Positions 37,328 through 51,612 are shown, numbered from the whole stretch's first letter. The stretch: DNA of 63,906 nucleotides, filler included, from Choristocarpus tenellus KU-1152 (GCA_964200185.2; 10 parts of 10 records of this genome joined end to end with filler, not necessarily neighbours in it); one strand, 5' to 3'. A program made the numbers and translations. Notes: generated by a model from the letters alone, not told the origin.

Positions 37328-40300
37328 TTAGGCGGGGTTGCTCGCCCCAGAGCGCCGTGATGATCAGTGGAGAGTTATTTGTGAGATCCACGCCAGAACT
37401 CTTCGAGAAACCAGGAGAGACTGGAACATTGCCTTCCTATCCCCGAGATGAAACCGACTTCGATTCTCGGATGGAGGCAGGTGTGGGCATGTTGGCTGGA
37501 GCGTCCAAGGAGTTCCGTCAACTAATATTGGGGCACCAGGGATGTGGAGAGGGCGTGATTGGAGAGGAGGTGAGCGTTGTATCGAGGGCATGGAGAGAAC
37601 AACGAGCAATGCGATTGCAACGAATAGAAGGTCTCATAGCCTCAAAACAGCGAGCATCTAGTGGGGTCAAGATCCGACTTAATGCTGTCCGCAAGGCAGC
37701 GGATGGGCTTCGCAGAGGCCAAGAAGCGTGTGCTCGACGGCTTGATACGCAGCTGTGCAGACTGGTGCTCAGGTGAGTAAGTGAATCGTTCGTAGGTGGT
37801 AATCCTGTACCAAACCAATGACCATTCCGTCTCCTATGGTGCTTCCACCAACCCACCAATGTGACTCCCAGGCTCTGAACCACTGTGCCGCGGAAAACTA
37901 CCTGGTAAGTTAATATTGACTGCTCGGTGGACTGGGCACGCCATTCCTCGTTTCCACCCAAGCAGGAATATGATCAGAGCGAAATTCCGTTCACCAATTG
38001 TATCCGCCGTTTTGAAATTTGCTTCAAGTTAGCTTTGTCCGCTCCACATGCGCCTCATAGCTTGTTTGTAGACGCACCCCTTTTTCGTTACATTCTCTTC
38101 CCTGAACCCGCAGGTACGCGGCAGCAGCAGAGGATGAAATGGCAGTGGTCTACGCCAGCGAGCATGTTGAGAGAATCCGCTGTCGCCAGGAAGTGGAACG
38201 GTTACGCCTGTCAGGACGTCTTGCGTCCTTTGCGGCAGCAGTGGAGCAACACACTAGAGGGGCAGTGGTGCTGAAGCGACTGCAGCATGCTCATCCACAG
38301 CACATGCGTTGTCGTCGGGCGGCGACTGAGAACGTGAAGACAGGTTTCTTCTCACCTAGGTCGCCATACAAAGGTGTGCGTGTCCTCGAGGTATACAAGG
38401 TGGGTTACAGTGCAGGATGAGGACGTGAAGATGTTCCCTTAACCCTCTACCAGTAGTAGGTTGGTAGCAGCGATTATTGAGTGATTCATGTGTTGTAAAT
38501 CACTCATTAATATATTGATTATGGTATTTCTATCAAAGAAGAAACAGTTCTTGGACTGGCTGTCTCATTCAGTCATGTGTCGTCCGACCTTACATTTTCT
38601 GCAGGAAGCATTGTTGTGTTGCATGACTGAAAGTTAGGAGAAAGGAACGAGTACTGACGTAGATTCTCGGCAGTGTATTAGAGTAGCTCACCCCTACCAG
38701 GCAAGGTCACAATGTTGATGTCCTTTCCTACACAAACCGACACGATGAGAGGAGATTGTCCGTTGTGTATGGAGTAGTCGTATCTTTTCGTTGTCACTAG
38801 ATCCATGTTCATGTGGTTGACAAATTCTTGCGGGTGCATTTTGAGGTGGTTGATGCATAGTGCACGAATGCTCACGACTTGCTTGGTTTTTAGTCACTTT
38901 TGATAACCGTTGACTGCAATCATAGTCATTGGTGAACAATTAAGCGGGGAGGATGTGAATAGAAAAAGGCAAAAGAGTAGTCATTTCCTGTGATAAAGTA
39001 CAGATCAGAGTTGCATGGCATTGTGACATAGACCTGGGACCACAAGCTTGTTAATCATGTACCTCTCCCACTAAGTTCTTGTGCGATATTTTCTTTGAGT
39101 TGTCATCATCACCACTGTAGTTTTCCTCACCCTCCATGTCCGCATGCTGCTTTCCTCTCCAACACGTGCCATGTAACAGATCGAGAATCACTTTCTCCTG
39201 GAGCGGTTCCATAGGGCAGCCAAGGCCGCAGGCCCGTGCAAGGTGAAGGGTCTATTTTGTTGTATTCCCGACAATAGCCTAGAGCATGTTGTGCTGCATG
39301 GAATGGGACCTGGTCCCCGGTCAGGTTTACAGCCACGGGCTAGGCATCTAGTGCCTGGCTCTTCTGATGTGGGGAAAGAATGTCGTATCAACCATGGGAG
39401 CAGCGGTGGTGTGAGCAGCATAGGTACCGATCTTGATAAAAATGGTGAAACGTGTGTTGGTATCACGGTAGAGGAGGAGGGCAGCTCTGGGGTGGAAGAT
39501 GACCCATGGTTTGGGCTCACACGGTGGCTGATGGGCAGGCAAAGGGTTACTGTGGATCATCTACTGCCAAGCCAAAGCGTACCGCTTGATTTCCCTCGTG
39601 CCTTCTCACGACATAGCACACTTGAGGAGGAGCTCTTGTATGCTAATGGGGGCACCTCTTATGATTGGGAGGGGCAGGCTCGAGTGGGGGTTGACAGAAG
39701 CAAAGTCAGGGTCAGCCCAGGGGGAGGAACACAGTCTGCGGGGAGATTGGGAGTCACAGAAGAAGAGGAGAGGGGAGCTGTGGGGGGAGGTGTTGGAGTG
39801 GAAGAAGGGGCAAGGGCAGGGGAGGGTGCTGTTGAGGGACATGGGAGTGGGAAGGCAGGATCTAGCGTGACAGCAGCTGCAGCAAAGGCTGACCAACATC
39901 AACCTGGGGCTGACAGCAGCATCCGAATCCTTGCACTGTGTCGGGTGATGATTGGTAATATTTTTGTATCAACTGAGTCTCCTGTGCCTGTACCGGGGTC
40001 ACCTACGCCGCTCCCACCTACCCCCTCCGGTCATGATGAATTTGACTCAGTCTACTACCCGCTGAAAGAGGAATATAGCCTACTCAAGGATTCCCACATC
40101 TTGCCAGAGTTTCTGGTGGTGTATCAGTATGCAGCACGTGACAAACGAGAGTTTGCAGCAGTGCCTCCTCTCTCCTCTTCCGATGGTGCCTCTGCTGTTG
40201 GGTTCAGCCGTGGCAGTCCCCCCTCCCCCAAATTTAGTGTGGGAGAGACAGTGAACAGGGCTCCACCCCCGTTGTTACCTCTTGGTGCCGCCCTTCCCCG

Positions 40301-41808
40301 ACCAAGTACGGCAGTGGTAGCGGCCATTTCGTTGAGGCCTGATGCAGGAGCAGGGACTGCATCCGAAGAAGGGAGGGTGGTGCTGGCGCCACGGTGGGAT
40401 CAAGGGTTGTTGGTCTCTGCCTCTCCATTGCTGATGGGTGATGATGGGTTGCGGGAGCCATTGGAGGTGGCGGGTAAGGATGGAGTTGCAGCAGCTGGGG
40501 AGGCGGCAGCTGATGAGGCTGGTGCAAATGAGGCTGCAGAGGCGGCAGCTGAAAAAGTAGTCGCTCAGGCTGCAGCTGCAACTGCAGCAGGAGAAGGAGA
40601 GAAGTACAGGGGGAAGCTGGGACGTGCCCAACGTCAAGAACTTATAGAGGCCACAAATACAGCAAGTGAGCAACATCATGTAGTGTCTTATCACAATTCT
40701 TACCTGTCTCTCTGTCCCTGGCAGTTGCAGGTCTCATAGCATGCGTGCTGGTTTCCACTATATGCCTGTGGCTAGGTGTACCAACAGTAGACATTGCACT
40801 GGTCTCATATCTAATGGTAGGTCATGCTTTTGTGTTTGAAGTCCCGTGAGTAATAGGGTTTTTCCTCTTGATTGAAGCCCCTGGTCCCTCTACCCAACCC
40901 TCCTGATTTGATCCGTTTCCAAGTAAATAGCAACTGTTTGTAGTGGGCATCCGGACCTCTTTGAACGATGGGAACGCCTTTGGTGGGATGATCTACTTGC
41001 ATAATAATAAAATGTAGCAAGTTTTCCTTTGCTACATTAATACTGTTTCAAGTTTCAGAAGGGGGGAGGAGATGGACAAGACCGATATAGAAGCGAGAAC
41101 TGGGCTGGAAATGTGCCATTGGTGTTGCAGGAGCTCGGTATGTAGTGTGAACCGGTAGATCTCAACACCCTATTATGCTGTCTGTGGAAGTATTGATACA
41201 AGAAGTATACCCTAGATGCAGTGTTCACCGAGCGTAGAGATACCTTATCTTGTCAAATAGCTTCCTGTTTACTGCACTGTTTTATTTTTCAGTCCGACCG
41301 GTACGTTCTCTGTAAAATTTTGTTCATTGCCTGACACCAACGATAGATGGTCGGTTTTGGCCCTTTGCTCCACAAGCAATGCCCAATCCAACAACAAAGT
41401 AGTTTGCATTCTAGCAATCTAGTGCTGCTACCGCCAAAATACTCTACCCCCCTCCTCCTCTTGTTTCCCCTTGGTCACTCGCACTTCTTTTCTTAAAATC
41501 TACAAAACTTTCCTCCTCCCCCCTCCCCCCCCCCCCCCCCCCCTCCCCTCCCCCCCCCTCCCCCCTCCCAACCCCCCCCTCCCTCTCCCTTCTCACCACT
41601 TCGCCATCCTCGACCTCTGTCACGATCAGTTGACTTGACTTGGCAAGAAATGACAGGTCTCTGCAGAGAGGAAATGAAGGCAATCCAGGCAGGTCTCCAA
41701 AGCAAAGGACGTTCCACAGCGTGCCTGTCAGGCACTGGCTCTCTCAACAAGGGGAGTACCTCGACGGGCTCAAGCGGGAGTAGCTCCCATTCCAGACACA
41801 TCCAATGA
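37328..41808 (+). CDS. Coiled-coil plus divergent PARP/ADP-ribosyltransferase-fold protein; exons about 37328-37772, 38114-38399, 39180-40665, 41630-41808
   Basis: In-phase splicing. PARP-like blocks VRVLEVYK|IENHFLLERF, GLFCCIP, RAFSRHST, ILALCRVMIG and FDSVYYPLKEEYSLLKDSHILPEFLVVY are separated by low-complexity inserts. 5' end uncertain. Confidence 0.65.
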
Positions 41809-43539
41809 CCAAAGTGTTTCTTGTTGTAGCATTTTTTTTTTTTACTTGCGGCTCTCTTTTTTTTTTCTGCACATTTTTGGTACGATACAGAGGCGTTATT
41901 GTCATTTTTTATAATGTTTATGGGGGGGACAATAGTTGTGTTGTCTTCTTCTTTCGTCCTTTCTTTTTTTTTCACTTTTTGAGTGTATCAGGAATCGAGT
42001 TTTACGATTTTTGGTCTTCTGCTGTCTCATCACTACCCACCCCCGGGGGGCACGAAATGCGTCTCTAGGGAGAGAGTGCCTAGGTGGTGGGTAGAGGTGT
42101 ATCTGTAGATGGAAGATACTATTTTTTACTTCGAGAGAAGCTTTTTTTGTTTTGTGATTTGGGCAGTGAGTTACTAGTGGGAGTTGGGTTTTCTAGCTCC
42201 CGTGTTTTTATTTGTATTTTTTTATTTTATGTGCGAGTGTGTCATTTCTCGATCCCCACCCACTGACTGTTACACCTGTTTCTGTCTTGGACCTCTCTTC
42301 CTCCATCTATTCTGCTGTTGTGTGTTTTCTGTTTGGTGGGGCTGGCTACATAGCCTGGTGGAGTTGAGAGCATTGGCTACCAACCAACCAGAGCATATAT
42401 TGGCATTGCTGAAGTCTCTTGTAAATAAATACCACAGTCACTTATTCTTGTTTTATGTTCAAGGAGGAAATTAATGTCTTTGTTGAGTGATTTCAATGCA
42501 TCGTGTTGGCACATTTTTGTTGTTGTTTTGTGTCCAGCCCTGAGTGTGTCCCATCAGTGGAAGGCAATCGTTCATCATTTTCGGCTCTTCCCTCCCACCC
42601 CCTCCACCCCCTCACCCAATTGGCTGTACATCAGAAGAGGGACGTGAGGGACGGGGAGGATCAACGGCTGCGTAACTTGTGTAGTGACATCATTATTGCA
42701 GGGTGTGCAATGTGTGCATGAGTGAGGTCGTGTGTGGTAGGAGTCTTGTGTGCTAATCTACGGCTATGGGTGTGGAGTGTTTGGTGTACTTGGGCTGACG
42801 TGTCATGTTTGTAGTTAGCGACTGCACTAGAGGTGTAATGGTGATTAAGAAGAGTGGTGTATATCACATTACTGGTTGTTTGTTCACCTTGAACATCCTT
42901 AACAGTTGAAATGATAAGTTTACTTATCCTGGAAACTGTGAGGCAGGGGTGGTTGTCATCGTTGTGGGATATATATATATATATATTGTTTGTTGCCTTT
43001 TGTCAATGGAATCGGGATAGTTTGTCCTATGCTCAGGTGCATCATTTACAGCTTCACTGCTGTGGAAGGATTCAAGGGCTGTGAGTTCAACTGCCTCACC
43101 CGTCATTGATAAGTGTTGTTCATGTGATGAGATCTGTTTGTTATTCATCTGGAAGTATTTACCAGCACCTTTGCTTCCTCCCACTTCTTATAATGTTAAT
43201 ATAATGTAGTTCTTGAAGTCTTGCAGTTGTACCCTGAAGTGCTGATGGGTAAGAAAGACCCTACCACGCGCAATGATGAAATAGGGGAGGGGCTGTTCCT
43301 TGCTCTCTGTTGACTATTAAGGCATGCATCTTTTTCGGAGGGGAGACCAAAAATGTGCAATCTGTGAAGCACTCCACTCCATCTTTCGAAAAGTGAAAGA
43401 GAGTGGAAGAGGTTGCGAGGTTTGCTTTGATAGTGGCATTCTGTGGCATCCCACATATTTTCAGGGGGAAGAAGTCTAAAATAGCGTAACTGTATCTAGG
43501 TACGTAGGTGACGGTATTGTCATGGTCTGACAAAATGGA

Positions 43540-43798
43540 GAACCGAAGTATCTTAGAGGGTAGAGCTGTGTCCATTTGGGAGCCAAAATCCAATGTTGCG
43601 ATTTTGATGTAATTTTGGCTATCGTGTCTGTTAAGAAGTGTCAATATCAATGTTCTGGACACACCTTTTCATAACATATACACTTCATCTACTCCTAAGC
43701 ATTTTGGAGTAGGAGAATGTCATAAAGAAACCCATGAGAAGCCAAGTCCCAATTGGACAAACAGGGCAAAACTCGTACCCTCTAAGATACTTTCACTC
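43540..43798. mobile_element. MITE family B, full length, flanks not duplicated (TGGA/TGTG)
   Basis: AAGTATCTTAGAGGGTA...TACCCTCTAAGATACTTTCACTC. Confidence 0.9.
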
Positions 43799-44072
43799 TG
43801 TGATAACTCCATCCTCAATCGGTCGTTCACAAGGGGGATGTTGTTGGTGTGACACTGGTAGTAGTTTGCATATTTGACCTTACTACATCCCTCTATATGA
43901 CGATTAGTGACGTTCAATCATTGACGTGACAGTGGGCATGAAGTCAAGTGGCAGCAGCATGGTCGTACCCCTTTCACTACTCTTATTTCTTTCGGCAACC
44001 AGGCTCACTTATCCCCTCTTTGGGGGGTGGACTTCTTCTATGTCTGGCACATTTCTCAACTATCCACCTCAG

Positions 44073-47000
44073 GTATCTGCGTGAGGCCTACATCTGTGAC
44101 AAGTCGACATGCCTATTTGGAAACGCCTCTGTACAGGAGGATCAGGACGCGCTTTACTTAAGGAGTGACGATTACCAAAGGACTGTAATGTCTGGCCAGG
44201 TATGTACATACACTTGCTTGCAGAACGAGGTACAGTAATGAGTGTTTCTGTAGCAATTTTCTTGTTCAATCTCAAACTGCACACAAGATGTATGCCTCAC
44301 TTTTATCTTTGAAGTTATGTTTATAGTCTGGTGATATTCTGGGAGTAGGTCAGGGTTGCTTCCGTCTATTATGTTTTCCCCTATGTTTTGTTGTGTAACA
44401 CACCTCTTGATAAATAGCTCTGATCTTGGATGGATCAGGCTTCCAATGTAAAACTGTTACACCAGAATTAGCTTAGTAATCCGGAGTATTACAACAGGTA
44501 CAAGCAGTCCAGGTGATAAATTCAACTGTACGGTTGTGTCTCTTGCTGATGGGTCAATGAGGCAGATGTTAGTTTTATGTTATTTCCTTCAAAGTATCCA
44601 GAGGAGTATACTATCCCAGTCATGCAGTTTCAATCTCTCCTTGTCCATATCATATGTTGATACAAACAGTCTGGTCTTGTCCCCTCGACCAGATTTTAAC
44701 AGCTAGCATGTTTAACATGTCTAGGGTAACTATTCTCCCCTGGCACACTGGGGACGTGGTAATGGACCCCATCTCTACGAAGGAGAGTGCATGCCCCCGC
44801 TTGAAGGATCTCAAGGATGAGGCCAGACATAGCAAGGAGTACAAAGATAGGTGAATGTTTCCATCTTGTTCACGTTTAGATATGCACAACAGAACTACAC
44901 ATAATATGTCGAAGTAGACCAATCCTGCTGCAACGGCCCTACTCTGCCTATGAAGTCTCTGCATGTGGACTTACTTCATTGCTTGCCTTCTCAATGCGCA
45001 GCCCCCAACTTATATATTTCATGCCACACACACACACACACACACATATGCGCGTGCGTGTGCATGCAAAAGTATCCCCAGTTTTTCTACTGTGAATGCC
45101 ATCAAACTGATTGATGTTCATTAGTTTTTTCACTTGCGTACATATTAGTAATAAATATCATTCACGTACAGTCTATTGTAATTGACTGGGGATGGTGAAG
45201 ATTACGCATGAAATATATCAGCAAGTTACATGTAGCAGAAAATAATTGAGCGCCTCAAATGCAGTAGATTTGCTCAGAAGTGACCGTGATATCGACAAAC
45301 TTGATAGAAGGGAGGTCCGTACTGAGTGTAATGTGGTGCGCGTTCCTCTTCACATATCTACTTCATTCTGGCCCATAATGCACAACATAAGGGAAACTAA
45401 ACTTGAAAAGGAATTCCCTCACTCACCTATTGTTGGAGGGCTAAACCATCAGATGATGCTCCCGAGTGGGAGTGGTAGTACATTCCCAGGTGAAAACATG
45501 CCACATAAAACCTTCCACACTTAGATCAAACCTTTGGGATAGGGTCGAAGGTTTTGGTTCGATACTACCATGACTAACACTTGTTGTCACACCTGCCAAA
45601 TTGACCATTTATGGTAAGGGAAAGCAGTGCCTTTCATCAGCCTGAGTAGTTGGCTTGGCTGGGGTCCGTGCCATGTCCATGGGCCATCCTGTGGTCCAGT
45701 TATGTTGAAACCGGTGACGGCTATGGACCGACCCTGTTTGAACATGCTTGTACCGGATTGGCAGTCATTTTGAAACAGTTGGTGACCGTGAACAAGAAAG
45801 TATTTTTCACTGGACTGACCCAGTCGTATGATCCCGAAATCATGCGGGAATAAGCACGTTTTTCATATAGAGCTGTACCTGTCCCTTCAGCAACTGCTTT
45901 TTTGTTATTGTGTTACATTGTTGGGATCAGACCGAACCGGTTTTGTATCACCAATGTTTTAAGGTTTGACTGCGGTTCAGTCCAGGTACAATCTCTGATG
46001 GCCCTGAGCTGGACATGTCTAGAACTTGTCCAGTCTGTGCTCCAATACTCGGTATACCTGGTCTGGACATGTCACAAGACAACAGAACTGCTTTGGTCCA
46101 TGGATCAGTCCCTTCACATTTGCCCCACCTGGTGAAAACCCCTAGAACAAGGTGATAATGAGACGTAGTCTATGATATTGCTCTTTTTTTTTTATAGCCT
46201 GCAATCGAGGTCGCCCCCAATGCCCCCTTGTGACCCGATTTTCCTGCCAGCAGGCTAGAATCTGCCGAGACGAAGGAGTTTGTACAGCGAGCTGAAAAAG
46301 TCTGGGGTTCAGAGAGGAAGCACATTATAGATTGTCTAATGACAACAGCGTGCACTGGGAAGTCACTACCTGAAGGTCAGAAATGAAGCTTGCAAGAGGA
46401 AGTCATGAATGAATGCGTGATTTTGTTGATTTCTTATCCCTACCAAAGCAGGACTTTTACCATTATTGTAAGGTACAGTTCCATTTGCAGGACAGAGCAA
46501 GAGAAGGGGGGCACCTGTGTGTGTTTCTGTGCTATCCTTGCGCATTCTTATTTCTGACCGAGATTTTTCCGTTAGGTTTGTAGGCAGGACGCCAAGTTAT
46601 CTTCCACACTCTTTTTTGTCTTGCTGAAGCATTAGTTTGCTAACAAAATTTGTTGAGTGATGCTACTTCAGAAGTAATTTCTTCACCCCTGGCAGTTATT
46701 TGGTCTGTTAAACTGGCGGTGACAAACTTTGGGGATTTTAGCAGTTCAACGCCCCTTCTGACTGCCAAAGTTTGACTCTCACAAATCTGCAGGTATGACA
46801 GACGATATGTTTCAGGAGTCAATAGAATTGAGTACATTTGAGGCTAGCTTTACGTACTTGTACAACAATAGTGCCTACGCCAAGCTGGCCATGGCTCAAC
46901 TTACTCTAGAGGTGAGTTGCTAGCAAGGGCTTGTGCGCGCGCGCGTGTGTGTGTATTGGAGTTGGTGGATGATGATGGATATAGGTGGTGAAGTGTGTTT

Positions 47001-49926
47001 TACAGATTTTGAAGAGAACCGCCTAAGACTAAGTTGCTTGCTTGTTCAAAAGAGGGTGAAGAATGAATGCGGTGAGTCAAAGTATCTTAGAGGGCAGAGC
47101 CGCGTCCATTTGGGGGACAACATCCAATGTTACAATTTTGATATAATTTTGACTGTCATGTTCGTTAGGAGATGTCAATATCCTTGTTCTGGACACTTCT
47201 TTTCATAACATAAATATTTTACCTACTCCGAAACATTTGGAGCAGGTAAAATTTCATCAAGAACCTGTGGGGAGTCAAGCCCTAAATGGACAAACAGGGC
47301 AAAATTCGTACCCTCTAAGATACTTTCACTCCGGTTCTGCTTTCAAGTTAAGGCACTATAGTGTGATCTGTTGCAGCATTTTTTTTATCGAAACTACATT
47401 GTACTCTGTAGGGTATGTTTTGTTGAGATGGTGTATATGGGTGTCACACCTTCAATGCTTTTATAATTCCCACGTGAGCTGCATGTAACAAAATACGGCT
47501 GAGCCAAATTGTTGCTGCCTCTTTTTCAGCCTCTGCAGTGGCACTCAATATATTTTGCCCTTCCTAGCTTCGCAAGTAGTAGGAGTGTATTCTATAGACC
47601 CATCATTTCCCATCTCTCTCGATTTTTTTGTTGGAGTCTGGAAAGCGATCCAATTATCAACTATGGTAGGGACCTGTGATGTCTGAATAGCATTCAGAAA
47701 AAAAAACTGAAGTGCTGCTATTCGAAGAAGTTCATATACAGATACTTGCTACATTTGATGATAGTTGAACTGTGAATGCATTGTGACGTTTTCATAACTT
47801 TTGGATCCTCTGTGAGCTACACTTAGCACCTGTAAGTAACACTTGAGGAACTACATCAAATGCCAATAATCTCAAACATCTTTGGAGTATTTGTTTCATG
47901 TGCTCAAGCTGAAAAATCGTTTAAATTTTTTTTTCCCGTTGTTTGTCAGCAAGTTGATATCCCAACATGATCTCAGATTCTGATATTTGCTGTTTTTCTA
48001 CTATCAATTCCTATCGCGGAAAGGATGTTGCTTATCCATAACGACATGTTGGATTGGGACTAGGCTGCAGTAGGGCTAGTAGGCTCTCTCTTGCGGTCAT
48101 CAATCTGATAGGTGGTATCCAGCTAGACCGATCTTACTCTATTCCCTGCTCCAATACTCCATTTCAACTCCAGTAAGTTGTGCGTGTTACTCACTCTGCA
48201 CACCACGTCAACATATGTTTTGATGCAAATGCTAGTTGTAATACATACTTCCAAACACACAAACGTTAGAATACTTTCTCTTGACATTGTTTGCATGTAA
48301 CACTGAAGAATTTTTCAACCCTTTCCCTTGCATATTTCTCCTATGAATCAAAGTATCTGGTGGGGGTGGCGGCTGTCCATTTGACATCAATTTTTTCACA
48401 TTGCCATTTTTGGGTGATTGGTTGCATACATCGGATGGAAAACGTAAGTGCAGGTTACTCATCACTGCCTGTTTTCCCTTCCTGGCAGAGATACCCTAGG
48501 CTAGCTGTATTTGCAAGTTTCATCACTCTTACCTTATCCTATCTAACTTACACCTCCTATGCCTATCCATATTTCATGGCAAGATCAGGTACGAACTCAC
48601 TTGGAGGCAGCGGTGAGTGGTGTATCGCCGCACCAGTTTGTCCTCTACTCAGGTCATGACAGTACTCTTATGCCCTTCCTGGCAGCTATTTCACCTGATT
48701 CATGGGATCAGGAGTGGGCAGGTTATGCCAGTCTAATTGCTATCGAGTTGCTGAGGGTAACTGAGAATGCAGGGGAGGATGAGAGCGGTGAAGACAATGC
48801 AGCGTCCTACTATTTCCGATTTGTATACAATGGCAAGGTGCTGCGGCTGCAAGGTTGTGCTCAAGGTGTGTGTGATATAGGCCACAGTGGGAATCTCGAG
48901 GGAAGGGTTTATGGGATTGAAGGCAAAGAGATAACCCAATTTGTGTCTCTTCAATGTGGTTTGGAAGATGTGTACGAGTTAGGGTTAAGTGAAAGGGTGA
49001 CTGCAGTGATGCAATGCTAGAGGGTGAAAAGTACGGACAAGTATGGGGTGAAGCAACACGGGTCCTTCCTGTCGTTAGCATGCTCAAGTAGGGCTGCGGG
49101 ATATGGTGTTGCATGTCGGAGCTGTGTAAAAGAAAATAGCAGAACAATTTTCTGCATTTTAAATATTGAGCGAGCATGTTGCCAAGGATGGGGAAAAGAT
49201 AGGTAAAAATAACTAAAAAAAGATTAGGTTTCATCCATGGCCCCTTAGATCTTTGCCACCCTTCGGTACCTCTCTTGAGTGTAGACTGTGATGCATCTAT
49301 TGATTATTGTTGTACTTCATATTGTAGGATACACTATACACTGGATCTCTCTTGTAAACTTGCCCACTCCCCTCCAAAGAGAGCACCTTCCCAATTCAAA
49401 ATGTGCAACACGTGACACTGTCTCCAACCCGCAACTTGCAGATGTGTGTCCACTGGATGCTTTTCTTGCTGCAACAGAATTTGCAGTGCAGGACACTACA
49501 TATCAATGCTCCTTGTCCCCTTCTGAGAGGGTATCTAGCAGTAACGATGATTGTGCGAAAGGGGAGAAGAGCTCAGGCCTGACCTCGGTCCCAACCTCAG
49601 AAGGGGGAGACAACAGCAATGATGGAGGTTTGACCATCATTACTGCAGTGGCCGTTGAGATTGCCCTCTTCATCATGGGAGCATCTGTTGGTGCCCTGGC
49701 AACAATGGTACGTGCGCAACGCTTCCGGTACTTGGCCATGGTGAGTAACATGGAACTTGATGGGAAAGTAACTCATGCTGGGGCAGCAGAGGGTGAAGAT
49801 ATGCAGATTTGTGATAATGGGATGGAGTGCAGAGATGAATCTCCCTTAACAGTGCCATTTGAAGATGATGGGGGCTACAAAAGCCAGGGTGGTGGTCCCC
49901 ACCCACACAACCTGGTGCAGAGGTAA
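44073..49926 (+). CDS. Histidine acid phosphatase (clade 2, lysosomal acid phosphatase-like) with C-terminal TM helix; exons 44073-44199, 44693-44850, 46254-46375, 46793-46911, 48589-48865, 49442-49926; 5' exons not found
   Basis: LYLRSDDYQRTVMSGQ, CPRL, FVLYSGHDSTLMPFL (HD motif), YASLIAIELL, FRFVYNG, CPLDAF, then a hydrophobic helix. All junctions GT-AG and in phase. Confidence 0.88.
47074..47331. mobile_element. MITE family B, full intronic copy with TSD CGGT
   Basis: CGGT|GAGTCAAAGTATCTTAGAGGG...TACCCTCTAAGATACTTTCACTC|CGGT. Confidence 0.93.
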
Positions 49927-50939
49927 TGTGATGATTACTCTCAAGTGACTGAATGTTGGATATTTCTCGTGTGAAGGAATTGTGAGTTAACTCCCTTTTT
50001 CCAGCATCCGTATTAGGTTCATAGATGTTTCCTGTATTGTCGCTTTCCCTGTAGCCCTTCTGACCTCTTCTTGAGTTGGGTTTATTATTTTTGCCTTCAA
50101 CTTTGCTGTTAGTCCGTGTGAGCGCTGACTGGGAGCAAGTGACTGGAGCAAAAGAAATACTTAGTAAATGGCTCGCCTTCACCAAATGGCAATATATCAG
50201 CAGGATCACAATGTGCAGGTAGATGTTTTGATATGTGTTTGATGTAGAGCAGAGGTGAATGGGAGGAAGGCATTCGTAAGACAATAAATCTTGCCCTAGC
50301 TCCTATTGCTCTGCATGTTGTGTCTTATTTGTTCGGTTTCACTCTCACTTGACTGATTGTAAGAAATCGTTTCGAAGATGGCGGCTTCTGGCTTGCTATT
50401 GTATTTGTGGGGGGTGCTGTTTTGTTGATATATCTCGATTTGGACTATGTCACATTGCTAAACATACCAAGATGAGTTCGAGATCATTTTGCCGTCCTAG
50501 TTGAAAATACAGTTTTTTATTTGAAGAATGAAGTGTGTAGTATGTAACAGCAAAAATTGTCAATTTTTTTTCGAAATTTGATAGTAGGACCCACTGGAAG
50601 TCGTGTAGTCTATCCAATGCATGCTATAGCACTGGTTACACTCTACCTTTTTAGATACATTGATTCTCTCAATGACAAGCAATGAGTTGATAACTTATGT
50701 AGCCTGTGGATTATGTGATGTTTCAATGACTAGGCACTGGCAGCTTGCAATACCTGGCCCATAGTATCCTTGAGAGGTCATTTGTTCAGTTTGGGCCTTT
50801 GTGACCCTGTAGCGATTTTCTCGTCATTTGAGTGAACATTTGAGATATACGTGTAATTTCCTTTATCTGAATGCACCTTCCTTTTCCATCCACCTGCCTG
50901 GATCACATCTGACAAAGAAGACATTCAGCTGGGGTGTCT

Positions 50940-51164
50940 GAGCCGAAGTGTCTTCGAGGGTAGGGCTGCGTCCATTTGGGGGTCAAAATCCCATATTGCG
51001 ATTTTGAAGTAATTTTGGCTATCGCGTTTGTTAGGGAGTGTCAAGTTCCTTGTTCTGGACACACCTTTTCGTAACGTATACATTTTACCTACTCTGAAAC
51101 ATTTTGGAGTAGGAAAATGTAATAAAAATCCCCATGGGAGTCCAAGTCCCAAATGGACAAACAG
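50940..51164. mobile_element. MITE family B, truncated by contig end
   Basis: GAGCCGAAGTGTCTTCGAGGGTAG...CCCAAATGGACAAACAG. Confidence 0.9.
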
Positions 51165-51307
51165 NNNNNNNNNNNNNNNNNNNNNNNNNNNNNNNNNNNN
51201 NNNNNNNNTTAATTAATTAANNNNNNNNNNNNNNNNNNNNNNNNNNNNNNNNNNNNNNNNNNNNAAGCGCTCGTAATCGTTTCCATCCTAACCATGAAGC
51301 TTATGAA

Positions 51308-51585
51308 TGATTTCCCAGCTCACCGTGATTAATTAGTTGCTTCGACGATTGATTTTCCAGCTCACCACGATTAATTAGTCGCTTTGACGATTGATTTTCC
51401 AGCTTACAAGGTTTAATTAGTCGCTTCGACGATTGATTTTCCAGTTCACCACAATTAATCAGTCACTTCGACGATTGATTTCCCAGCTCACCACGATTAA
51501 TTAGTCGCTTCGATGGTTGATTTCCCAGCTCATCACGATTAATCAGTTGCTTCGACGATTGATTCCCAGCTAACCCTAACCCTAA
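51308..51585. repeat. 42-bp minisatellite (6 units plus a partial) ending in telomere-like CTAACCCTAACCCTAA
   Basis: Unit TGATTTYCCAGCTCACCACGATTAATTAGTCGCTTCGACGAT starts at 51308, 51350, 51392, 51434, 51476, 51518 and 51560. Confidence 0.92.
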
Positions 51586-51612
51586 TTACCTCAAAACCGA
51601 TATTGTACCTCA

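Noticed and set aside
41442-41975. Gly/Lys-rich ORFs on the minus strand
   Set aside because: Artefacts of poly-C and poly-T low-complexity tracts around a plus-strand exon.
51308-51570. CRISPR-like periodic array
   Set aside because: Units are contiguous 42-bp repeats with no unique spacers, no cas genes, and the context is eukaryotic.
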